A stretch of 64,000 bases of DNA, taken from NCBI GenBank assembly GCA_951406725.2, contig OX597818.1:47430001-47494000 (forward strand), written 5' to 3'. Every line of letters starts with the position of its first letter. The stretch's first letter is position 1. The DNA is from Octopus vulgaris (lineage: Eukaryota). The notes under the pieces are model-generated. The model did no database searches and had not been told where the DNA came from. It saw only the letters and a list, made by a program, of their open reading frames with translations. Position numbers and translations under genes: made by a program. Shown piece after piece: positions 12,209-23,410 of the stretch.

Positions 12209-14573
12209 AACATTTCTATTTCTTTACTATCCACAAGGGGCTAAACGCAGAGAGGACAAACAAAGACAGAAAATGGATTAAGTCAATTATATCGATCCCA
12301 GTGTGTAACTGGTACTTATTTAATCGACCCCAAAAGGATGAAAGGCAAAGTCGACCTCGGTGGAATTTGAACTCAGAACGTAGCGGCAGACAAAATAGTG
12401 CTAAGCATTTCGCCCGACATGCTAACGTTTCTGCCAGCTCGCTGCCTTCCAATAAGTATATATTAAATGAATATATGAAATGCTTTTGCAGAGTTTTTAC
12501 AGAGTTATGATTACTTCCCTTGGTGAACCTTGTAGTTCAATGCTGAAGTTGGATTCATGTTTTCATTAAATTTTTAAGACCAGATACACAAATATCTAAA
12601 CATACTTTACTGTGTGTTGCTTAATAATCCAAATATTAACATGACAATTACAACCAAATATCTGACAACAGAATATTTCTTGATACTGATATGTTTTTAG
12701 ACTGTTTACTCATTAAAAAAGTATGTGCTACTCAAACCCCAACTAAAATCTTTAAAATTCCATTTCTGATATTGAAATACTTTTAAATTTAACCGAGCAG
12801 AGAATTATAATTCAAACATATTCATTTTGAATAATTTCTACACTGAAGTCAATGGTTCTCAAATCTTTGTAACTCAGTGCCACCTTTTACCAAATGGTAG
12901 TTTACAACTCCTCCTTTGCATGTTTGCAGGGGGAAAAAAAAACCTCCAACAAATCAATAGAGAAACTAATTTTGTACAATGGTTTCCTAATCGGGGTCAG
13001 AAACTTGGAGGGTCACCAAAGCTATAAAGAGTAAGCTACAGACCTTTGCCAGTGACTAGATGAAATTTCAGACAGAAGTTTGTGAGATAGAATGAACCAG
13101 ACTCTCATCAACCAAGAAATTCTGAAAAGGAAACGGGGCTGGAACGATCACACTCTAAGGAGATCACCAAGAAGCAATGCAAGACAAGTGTTAGATTGGC
13201 AACCTGAAGGAAAGAGGAAAGTTGGATAACCTTGTAGTAAGAGATGATATTTTTTTTTTTTTTTTTTTTACTGTAGCATGAGTTAGTTGTTTGAGACAGG
13301 CACTGACCAGTTAAGGTTAGCGTTGCAAAAATTCAAACATCAACTTCCGCCCAAGTCTAAGGCATGTCCAAGACTTAAAGTTCAGTCAGTTGCTGTGAAG
13401 ACATTGAACTGTCAACTACGTATTTTCCAGCTGCTCCTTCTATCACTTTTAACAGAGCATGGAAGTTTAACTTGGTACTATTTTAGTCATAATGACTATT
13501 AAGCCAAAGTTGCTTTAACCGCTCTGGAGCAATTTCCCTCTTCTCCATCTGACATTCGTCTTCATTTATTTTAAAGCTGTTATGAAGCTTATATCGTTGT
13601 TACCTTGTTTGCTGAAACTGATGTCTAAAGTAAGATTTCATCATCATCATCATCATCGTTTAGCGTCCGCTTTCCATGCTAGCATGGGTTGGACGGTTCA
13701 ACTGGGGTCTGGGAAGCCCAAAGGCTCCACCAGACCCAGTCAGATCTGGCAGTGTTTCTACAGCTGGATGCCCTTCCTAACGCCATGATGCCCTTCCTAA
13801 TGCCAAGGATGCCCTTCCTAACGCCAAAAAATTTATATCTACATTATGACATTTGACTCACATTGTATTGTATAATGGAACTGACATCACCTCCAGCTTG
13901 AAAAACCTTTAAATTGTAGTAATTACAACTGAATTTATTCATATCTTACGAATGTCATTCCTCCAAACTGTACGTCTACAACCTGATGTTTTACACACAC
14001 CTCATTTTCTCCTATAATTTACGTTTGTTCAGCATTGTTTGTACAGAGGATGAAGCAAAAGCAATCATTCTCCCTTGGTCTGAAATCAAGGAGGTATCCC
14101 AAGATCATATCCACTGGTATGAAATGGTCACAACTATATTTCTTATGGAGTAATGTGGACTAACTTTTCTCACCATCATCATCTAATGTCCATTTTTCAT
14201 GCCAGCATGGGTTAGAAAAGTTTGATAGAAGCCAATGAGCCAAAGGGCCATGCCAAGCTCCAATGTTTGTTTCTATGGCCGCAAGCCTCGCCTAAAACCA
14301 GTCACTTTACAGAGTGCGCTGGGTACAGTTTACATGGCTTTGCCATAAATAAGGTCACCAAGCAACTTGCAAGACAAGACCCTGCCACTGTAAAGTCTTT
14401 CTGATATTCTTTTAAGTCACTTATCTTGAAATACAGCTGTTAAAACTTTTGTTTCAACATTTACCACCAAATATTAGAATTTAGAGATATAAGATATTTT
14501 AGAATTTAAGACAGAGTGCACAGGGAAAGCTGTTAACTCGCTGTTATGGAGATGAGTTGCAATACAGAATCTC

Positions 14574-14802
14574 TTGACCCTTTAGCGCCTAAACTGACTA
14601 TATTTGGCCCAAATATTCTACCTGTTTTATGTTCAAACTAACCAGATCCAGTCTCTGGCACCTACCCTGCAGTGTCATTCTAAAAATAAGCAGACACATC
14701 TTCGAAAATCTCAAAGTTATAAGATAATACAGGATTAACTTTATAAAATGTGAATAAATAATTATTACATTTGACAAAGTAATCTGAATGCTAAAAGGTT
14801 AA
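14574..14802. mobile_element. piggyBac-like MITE family A (about 225 bp)
   Basis: Consensus termini TTAA-CCCTTTAGCATT ... AATGCTAAAGGG-TTAA; copies at 15221-15418, 26809-27205, 29584-29811, 50855-51283, 51430-52177, 56624-57134, 61148-61730. Confidence 0.82.
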
Positions 14803-15540
14803 TATACATCATCATCATCGTTTAACGTCCGTTCTCCATGCTAGCATAGTGGGTGCTTTTTACGTGCCACCTGCACAGGTGCCAGGCGAGGCTGGCAATG
14901 GCCACGGTCGGATTGGTGCATTTTACGTGCCACCGGCACGGAAGCCAGTCGAGGCGGCGCTGGCATCGTCCACCATTCGGATGGTGCTTTTTCGATTTCG
15001 ATTTCACTTGCCCCAACAGGTCTTCACAAAATTATCACAGATTTTGTTTTCTTTTACACAAACATGTTTTATATCATCATATATCTGCTTTAATGTTTAA
15101 AGCTATAATAATCTAATAAAAATAAGGAAATACCAATACTTTGCAAGGGAAAGGTGAAGACTTTCTGGTTTCTGCAAAAGTAATCTCACTAGGAATTACG
15201 TTGACCCTTTAGTATTCAGATGACTCCGTCAAATGTAATGCTTATTTATTCACATTGTTTTGAATTAATCTGCATTATCACATAACTTAGAAATTTTGAT
15301 AACGTGATGAATTATTTTTAGAATGACATTGCAGAGTAGGTGTGAAAGGTCAGATCTAGCTGGTCTGAGCATAAAATACTTTGGCCAGATATGGCTGGTT
15401 TAAATGCTAAAGGGTTAATATAGAAATCTGTTCTAGTAGGAACAGTAAAGATTGCTTAAAAGATTTTCAACACTTAGGGAAAATAGGTGTGACCTTGTAT
15501 CAAGGACATTGATTCTAAATTTAACACATTTGTTCATAGT

Positions 15541-15770
15541 TTAACCCTATTGTTACCATATTTATTTTGAGATGCTCTGTGTTTCTTTCAATTAATTTTA
15601 AATATAACAAAGAATTTAGTAAAATAACTTAGTTATCATTAAGCTGGAGTTAGGAACATTAATTGTGACTAAGGTTTGGTGGAAGATTTTAATTCAAAAA
15701 TTATGAAAACAAGACATTTGTACTACACAGCCAGAGGCTGTTTCAGCTGGGTTAGTAACAAAAGGGTTAA
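15541..15770. mobile_element. piggyBac-like MITE family B copy about 30 nt inside the U12 donor
   Basis: TTAACCCTATTGTTAC...GTAACAAAAGGGTTAA. Confidence 0.88.
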
Positions 15771-15801
15771 ATAACTATCTAAAAAGTTAAAATAACTGTT
15801 T

Positions 15802-15811
15802 AAAAGGATAC
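15802..15811 (-). promoter_or_regulatory. U12-type 5' splice site GTATCCTTTT
   Basis: Matches the RTATCCTTT U11-binding consensus exactly at the exon boundary required by the protein frame. Confidence 0.95.
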
Positions 15812-15909
15812 GCAGAAAGTACAGCATTTTTACAGAGGAAGAATGCTGGAACATTATATTTCTCAAACATGACTTCAGTTAATGTTTCTCGTTTAGCTTT
15901 TGTGTTCCA
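15812..15909 (-). CDS. ACTL6A: ACTL6/BAF53 coding exon, 98 nt
   Basis: ttccag|TGG AAC ACA...TCT GC|gtatcc; [32 protein letters not shown](A). Confidence 0.97.
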
Positions 15910-17238
15910 CTGGAAGATAAAAGAAAACAAACCCAGATATAAACAAGTAAATTAGAATCAGAGCTGTATGGAATTTGAAGGCATAAAAGATGCAGAAGTA
16001 TACTAGATGTACATATTCAGAAAAGAAAGTTTTAGTACATTACAGTATGTGTTACAGGTCCAACTTTGTATATAGAACCCAGGGCAATTTTTTGAGACTT
16101 TTGGTAATGGGGAAAAATGTGCATACTAAATGCTACCAAATATGGTACATCCGCCATATTGTGCACAACACATACAGTAAACTGAGTAAATTGACTCCCA
16201 TTTTATATTTTTAATTTCCCGCATTTGCATTGTTTGTTTTTAATTTTGTTGGCTACACAGTACAGTAGGGTCAGTTGGGCACGCTCTGTAAAAAAACAGC
16301 ACCATGACACAAATTTGGAAATGACATGCTGTACTGCTTGGAATTTGCACTGGAAGCTCAAATATAAATATTTCAGAGTATTTGGGTGTCAATCTGAGGA
16401 CATTGAGAGTGATAAAAATCAAACATCCTGGTGTTTGAAGTGATCATTAGTGATGGCAATGTTATGCCTCCATTCATCTTCCCACACGGCCTCACACTCA
16501 ACACAGAGGCCTACATCAAGTGCCTGGAGGAGGTAGTTCTGCTGAAGTAATCTGGAAGCTGTGGTTGAAGCCAATGGCAATTCTATTGAATAAATTTACT
16601 CTTTAGTATTTCAAGATATTTTTATGTAATTCTGGTAAATATATCTGTTAAAATGAGATGTCGGTGTTATTTTCATTTTTACGTAATTTAGACAACAGTT
16701 TACTCACCACACCTTGTAAATGAATTAACTTCTTTTTATTTGTTTAACAGAAAAAGAACAAAAGGTATCACATGACTTTTTAGTAACATCACATTAGAAA
16801 TTATCTGAATTAAAATTAGAATTTATCATTATCATTTATTAAATGATGTTGCATGAAGCAGTGCTAAATATATTTTATTCAATGCTGTTTCATTATTTAA
16901 TTCTAGCTTGACCAAGTGTTTTGCACATCAGTAAACATTCCATATGCTGATTTAACAAGAATAACTGTTTTCTAAATGGATTGTAAGTGTCTGATTTGGT
17001 TTTCATAGCTGATGAAGCAAAACAACACAGAAATGCATGTGTCCTATAATCCAATGTTGCTCACAGTTCAAAACAAATGTAATTCAACATATGTCTAAGT
17101 GGAGGAGACTACCTCCACAGCTAAAGGTTTTATCATGTCTGAATACATTCAAACGTGTTAAATATGATCTTATATGAATATATTACAATTATCTATTTTA
17201 TCCCTTAATTAAACAGATTGAAATTTTTAAAAACTTAC

Positions 17239-17339
17239 AGCAGGCTCTGACATCATGACAGGATGAAGATGAGGTTCAGATTTAATGTGACGAGAATACA
17301 CATAATCGACCATCTTCTCATAGGTCTCCCAGTTTTCAA
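17239..17339 (-). CDS. ACTL6A: ACTL6/BAF53 coding exon, 101 nt
   Basis: aatcag|TT GAA AAC TGG...CCT GCT|gtaagt; (I)ENWETYEKMVDYVYSRHIKSEPHLHPVMMSEPA. Confidence 0.96.
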
Positions 17340-18935
17340 CTGATTAAAAGAGAGCAAACATTAAAATAAAATTTGGGTCACACTTTTAAATAAGCTAATA
17401 TTAAGTCAATGTATGAAAAATACAGCAAAAATTGGAGTGGAATAAAGACATTAACAAGAGGGGGAAAAAAGAAGCAGTGGAGATAAAAAGTGTATTTATA
17501 CTTTTATGAACTGCAGCTATGCTGGGGCACCAGAATGAGACAGCTGGGCACAGATGTTTGGACACTGATGATTTGACTGGATTGGTACTGATTCCATTTT
17601 AGTGACAGTACTTTTTGGAGTTGGAGGAGAGGACACAAACACACACAAGAATATGCACATACAGATAAGAAGAGGGCAAGAAGGGAGAGACAGACAGACA
17701 GACATTACAATTTATTAATTGAAATTATTGATATAACCATTTCCGCATACATAAACACAGAGAGTGCAGGAGGGTGAGCAGGATGAAAGATACATTAAAA
17801 TGCCTGATGTCAAATAAGTCAGTGTCGAATCAGCAATGCCAAGTAAGTGGTGCCAAAGCAGCTGTGCCAAATTGACTCATACTCTTAGAGCACTGCCTTC
17901 AAAGATTTAGTTGATCATATCATCACCAGTACTTATTTCAGCCCATTTTGTGCATGTGTGTGTGTGTCTGAGTGTCTATGTATGCATTTGTGTGTACCGC
18001 TGTACTGACCAACATCACAGGATGGTAGTAAACAAGGGTCACTATCATGTAAGTATGTTGTCCATTTCCAGTCTTCTGTGAAAAACATGTCTGGCCAAAG
18101 GGACGCATTATTATGCTTGGAAACAAGTAAAGATTAGTAGCAGGAAGGGTATCTAGCCAAAGAAAATCTGTCTTAGCAAATTCCATCCGTCCCATGCAAG
18201 GATGGAAAAGTGGACATTAAAATGATAATGATGATGACACACATACACACATGATGGGCTTCTGTGCAAAGTTTCTTCTACCAAAATCCACTCACAAAGC
18301 ACTAATCTATAGTAGATGGTATTGTCCAAGGTGCCAGGCAGTGAGGTCAAAACAAGAACCACATGGTTGTGAACTTATAATCACACAGCCATGTCTGTGC
18401 CGTCTGTATTTTCAGAAAAATTTCAAACAATTCCATTGAGAATGCTGTGAGTCTCTGAATGATCCAATAACGATGATATGATAAACAGCCTAGTAAAACA
18501 TCTATGATGATGTATTGATCGAACTGTCAGAGTATGAGATAAAATGCCTTGTTCTGGTTCTTTACATTCTGAGTTCAAATCTCACCAGGGTCAACTTCAT
18601 CTTTTTGAACCTCCTGAGGTTGATAAGATTAGGCACCAGACCAAGTTGGTGAACTGACAGAATTATTAGAACATTCGACAAAATGATTTGTGATATTTGT
18701 TCTAGTTCTTTTACATTCTGAGTATCCAACTAGGTGTGGAAAACTTGTCTGTATGTTAACAATACTCATTATAGCAATGTCTTTTTCAAGGAATATTCTG
18801 TAATGGTGCCCGTGCCCTAGAACTTTCAAGAAAACATCAATGAAATGGCAGAGGAGCCACAAAGGTATCTCAGGAGGGGAGTGTGGGGGAAAAAATTCTC
18901 AACATATTTTGTTTCAAAAAAGAAGTTAGACTTAC

Positions 18936-19101
18936 TCATGCCATCTTTCAGGAATGTAGATATTTCCATTCCTTTTCTTGGCACCTTCAAATAGTTAGTA
19001 TCAATATAGTACTTTCTTTCATTCTTTGGCAAGCTCTCAGCTTCATTTTCTGTAAATGGAACCTCTTCATCCACAATCCCAACAACACTTGGGAGTTCAG
19101 C
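18936..19101 (-). CDS. ACTL6A: ACTL6/BAF53 coding exon, 166 nt
   Basis: ttctag|GCT GAA CTC...GGC ATG A|gtaagt; AELPSVVGIVDEEVPFTENEAESLPKNERKYYIDTNYLKVPRKGMEISTFLKDGM (YYIDTN motif). Confidence 0.96.
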
Positions 19102-19205
19102 CTAGAAAATAAGTAAATAAGATTTTCCCTAAAATTTCATATAAATTTAAAACAAACATATTCAACAAAAATATCAAAAAATCACTTACACAAGTAGGAC
19201 ACTGG

Positions 19206-19484
19206 ATGAAATGAGAAATAAGGAAAGCATCTAACAATGCTGAAAGTTTAAAAAAAAACTTTTATATTTCGGGTGCAAAGGCCCATCTTCAGAAGAATAC
19301 AGTCAAAGATCCTGCCGTTTTGGATAGTTTACACCAGACTATCTAAAATAGCAGGATCTATGATAATCCTGCCATCTATCAAATGGCAGGATTGTCTTCT
19401 GAAGATAAGCTTTTGCACCTGAAATATAAAGGCTTTTTAAACTTTATGCATTGTTAGACATTTTCCTTATCTCTCATTTCATTC
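19206..19484. mobile_element. Fold-back element with two divergent minimal hammerhead motifs (Penelope-like pLTR relic)
   Basis: Imperfect arms of about 90 bp; CTGAAGA..GAAATATA on minus (19292-19263) and plus (19399-19428); two internal hairpins. Confidence 0.65.
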
Positions 19485-19572
19485 ATTCATTCTACTCCTG
19501 TACTACAATGCTTCAAGCAAATTACAATGCTCATCAATAACACAGTTGTGTGTCCACAAAAATGGTCAATGT

Positions 19573-20112
19573 CATCATCATCATCATTTAATGTCTGTTT
19601 TCCATGCTAGCATGGGTTGGACAGTTCGACTGGGGCCTGGGAAGCTAGGAGGCTGCACCGGGATGTCCTTCCTAACACCAACCACTCTGTGAGTGTAGTG
19701 GGTGCTTTTTACGTGCCACCAGCACAGATGCCAGGGGAGGCTGGCAACGGCCACGATCAGTTGGTGCTTTTTACGTGCCACCGGCATGGAAGCCAGTCAA
19801 GGTGGCGCTGGCATCGGCCACGTACGGATGGTGCTTTTTACATGCCACCAGCACAGGTATCACAACTACAATTTCCATTTGATTTTTATTTTGATGTTGA
19901 TGTACTTGACTCAATAGGTCTCCTCAAGCACAGCAGGTCGCCCTATGATCCAAGGTAAGCACAGCAGGCCGTCCTGCGATCCAAGGTACTTTGGATGGGC
20001 TGGGGCTACTATGTGAAGCTGGTGCAGGAAACAGCCATGAACTCATGTTATTTGTCAGGTCTTTGCAGTCACAGCATATCTCCAAAGATCTCGGTCTTTC
20101 GTCATTGCCTCA
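19573..20112 (-). mobile_element. RTE LINE ORF end plus 3' UTR
   Basis: Minus strand EAMTKDRDLWRYAVTAKT followed by the repeat-unit 3' UTR and (GAT)n tail. Confidence 0.8.
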
Positions 20113-20642
20113 GCCCCTTTGAGCATCCGCATAATGATGATCAGTGAACAATTTACACATCATTTCACTCAATGAAATACCTTTCCATATAATACTTACA
20201 AAGTTTACTCACCCAAGTGGAAGGAAAAAACAAAAAAAGGAAAACTACTATTTCATTGCAACAAAGTAAGTTTTCTAAATATTTAACTTTCATTCTTTTT
20301 CTCACACTATTTGCTGTCTTGGGAAATAACCTACTTTCTGGCTTTCATTGGTGACCAGAGAAGTTATAGAAGTTGGGAGGGAAAATATTTGAGACAAAGT
20401 AGGAAAGATTGGAGAAAAGGTGGACACATCAGAAAAGAGTCTGCAAGTTCAAGAGAACAGGAACTGTTGTGTAACAGTAGAAAAAATAGGGAGTGGATAC
20501 AGCACATCAGTGGTCTGGTCGTTGCTATAGACTGTAGAATGAAAGTTTATCTATGAATTGAATAAGTTTCTTTTTTGGATGCTGTTTAGTATGTTTCTGT
20601 GTATGCAAGACACATATACTGATCCAGATATACTATCTGTAA

Positions 20643-21041
20643 GCGGCTGTGTGGTAAGTAGCTTGCTAACCAACCACATGGTTCCGGGTTCAGTCCCACT
20701 GCATGGCATCTTGGGCAAGTGTCTTCTGCTATAGCCCCGGGCCGACCAATGCCTTGTGAGTGGATTTGGTAGACGGAAACTGAAAGAAGCCTGTCGTATA
20801 TATGTATATATATATGTGTGTGTATGTGTTTGTGTGTGTTTGTGTGTCTGTGTTTGTCCCCCTAGCATTGCTTGACAACCGATGCTGGTGTGTTTACGTC
20901 CCCGTCACTTAGCAGTTTGGCAAAAGAGACCGATAGAATAAGTACTGGGCTTACAAAGAATAAGCCCTGGGGTCGATTTGCTCGACTAAATGCAGTGCTC
21001 CAGCATGGCCGCAGTCAAATGACTGAAACAAGTAAAAGAGA
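20643..21041 (+). mobile_element. tRNA-derived SINE family S1 (about 400 bp, internal TA/TG tract, AAGTAAAAGAG tail)
   Basis: A-box-like GGCTGTGTGGT, B-box-like GGTTCAGTCCC; plus copies 36923-37290, 49735-50320, 61271-61654, 61869-62444; minus copies 29810-30187, 31960-32448, 34201-34972, 38388-38936, 45931-46323, 47282-47702, 55565-56513, 60664-61037. Confidence 0.88.
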
Positions 21042-21387
21042 GAATACTCTGAGGATTGCACTGGTATTCAGTAGGTTTCCAGTTATTAAAAACTGAAATA
21101 TTTTCTAATCATGAAGAGGAAGCCCAGCTTTTAGGATGCAGTCTTGGGTATGTTATAGACAAGTGGTCAGTATGAAAGGACCCCAGGTACCGTGATGTCA
21201 AGCAGATGTAACTTGTACTGCTGTTTATGAGTAGGAAGAATGTACTGCTCTAAAGAGTATTGCTTAGTCAGGAGGGAAGGAAATGTCCATGAACTTTTCA
21301 AGGCCTTCAAGAACGGAGGGAGAAAATCCTCAAACTAAAAAACCAGGTCTGAAAGAAATTCCTACATTTGCAACATTTCAAGTGAAG

Positions 21388-22262
21388 TATTGGGTTGGCA
21401 ACTAAGTTCCTGCCGTTTTTTAAATTTTGGAATTTATTGCATTTAAAAATTTTGGAATCTTTTTTTTTTTTTGAGAATTCTATTTCTGAATCATTTTGGA
21501 ATCTTTTTTTTTTTCTAGTTAATTCTAGTTCATTTTTGTTTATTTTCAGATCATTAAAATGGAATGTCAAGTTAAGATAAGTGAGCATTTTCGACACCTC
21601 CTTCTTTTTGCTTTTAATCAAGGTTCTACGGCTGCAAAAGATGCTCACGACATTTGTGCTGTGTATGGAGAGGGTGCCATTGCTGAAAGAACCGCTTGTG
21701 ATTGGTATGCCAAATTCAAAAGTGGAAATTTTGACCTCAAAGATGCACCTTGTTCTGGCCATCCAGTTGAGTTCAATGAAGAGCGATTAAACCAACTTTT
21801 GCATGTAAACTCTCGTCAAACGACAAGGGAACTGGCAGAGAAAATTGAATGCTCCCATACTGCTATAGAGAAAAATCTTCACTCAATGGGAAAGGTTCAG
21901 AAGTATAGAGCATGGAATCCGCATGGTTTAAGTGATCACAACAAAAATCAACGAGCCACAATCTCCGCTGGTTTGCTTGCTCGTCACCACTCAACTCATG
22001 GACACAAACAACGATCTCTTTACCAAATCGTTACTGGCGACAAAAAATGGTGCCTGTACATTGATATGAAGCAGTGTAAGGAATGGCTTAGTCCCAATAA
22101 ACAAGCGACACCGCGCATGAAACAAGATCTTCATCTATGTAAAACGACATTGTGCATATGGTGGGACTGGGAGGGATTATCCATTATGACTTGCTTGAAT
22201 GGAACCAATCGGTCAACGCGGAACTCTATGTTCAACAGATGGAACGACTCAACATAGCTATT
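21388..22262 (+). mobile_element. Mariner element (mellifera-like), 5' two-thirds with left ITR; frameshifted and 3'-truncated
   Basis: TA+TTGGGTTGGCAACTAAGT ITR; ORF 21559-22257 with EHFRHLLLF, CAVYGEGA, WNPHGL (WVPHEL-like), IVTGDKKW; frameshift near 22175; no YSPDL or right ITR. Confidence 0.9.
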
Positions 22263-22652
22263 GAAGCCACTTCAAAGATAAATGGCAATGGCCTTATCTT
22301 CATGGCTGGTGATTTCAATGGATATATTGGGCAGCATCCAGGTGCCTTCCATGGGGCGCATGGGAGCCATGGTTCCCGAAATGAAGAGAGAACAAGACTG
22401 TTGGAGTTCTGTGATGCAAATAACCTAATGACCTGCAATACCAACTTCAGAAAGCCAGCTGGTCACCTGATAACCTATAAATCTGGTGACCATGGTAACC
22501 AAATTGACTACATTCTCACCAGAAAGCAGTATTCATGGTTGCTCATAAATGCAAAGTCTTTCCCTAGTGAAGAGTGTACCTCTCAGCATAGATTACCCAT
22601 TAGTGACTTCAAGCTACAGGCACAAAGGAACCCAAAAACTAAACCAGCTTGA
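22263..22652 (+). mobile_element. RTE LINE AP-endonuclease fragment
   Basis: AGDFNG, RNEERTRLLEFC, CNTNFRK, NQIDYIL and SQHRL motifs. Confidence 0.88.
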
Positions 22653-23410
22653 TGAAGAGATGTGAGAAATGGATTCATGGTAGATGTACGAAAATGAAGG
22701 TGACCCCAAGACTGGTGAGAGAGTGTTTGTGGAAGATATGAGAAAGGAGAAGGTAGGCTGGTGGAACCAGTGGAAATGCTATCTAAAGAGGTGGAAACGA
22801 TGAGAGGGTTTAGTTATTTGGGAGACATGGTGGATGTGATGCAGCTGTGACAGCAAGAGTGAGAATTGGCTGGGTGAAGTTCAGGGAATGTGGAGTGTTG
22901 TTATATGGGAAAAGGTTCTCATTAAAGATGAAAGGAAGGATCTATAAGAGTTGTGTGAGAGCTGCAATGCTGTACGGGAGTGAGATATGGTGTCTGAGGG
23001 AGAGAGATAGTGATTTTGAGAAGCACTGAGAGCAATGGTGAGAGAAATGTGTGGAGTGAAGCTGTTTGATAAGAGAAAGACTGAGGATTTAATGGGAAGC
23101 TGGGGTTGGAGGAATTGGTGGAATGGTTGGCATGGGCGAATGGAGTGAAGTGGTATGGGCATGTGTTGAGGAGGGATGAAGAGCATGTTCTGAGGAGGGT
23201 GATTGCATTTGAGATAAATGGAGTGTGAAAGCGAGGTGGAGGGGACAGGTAGAGGAGGAGATTGGGAGAGTTGGTTTGAAAAAAGGAGGATGCCCAAAAC
23301 TGGACAAGATGGCGAAATGGTGTGAAGGCAGTTACTATGTCATTGAGGTAGATCCAGCCACCCCCATTAACGGGGACAAAACCTGGATTTAAAACACTAG
23401 ATAATGATGA
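22653..23410 (+). mobile_element. Second RTE-family LINE 3' part nested in the first
   Basis: WIHGRC, FSYLGD, TARVRIGWVKFREC..LLYGKRFSLKMKGRIYKSCVRAAMLYGSE, WYGHVLRR; GATAATGATGA tail. Confidence 0.82.

Larger units (their letters stand above)
6989..15811 (-). other. U12-type (minor spliceosome) GT-AG intron of ACTL6, 8823 nt, phase 2
   Basis: Donor GTATCCTTTT (15811-15802); branch box TTCCTTAAC (7009-7001) followed by AGTGATTTCCAG, with no long polypyrimidine tract. Confidence 0.95.

Noticed and set aside
20643-20720. tRNA-like A/B boxes here and at other repeat heads
   Set aside because: SINE heads without a full cloverleaf; not tRNA genes
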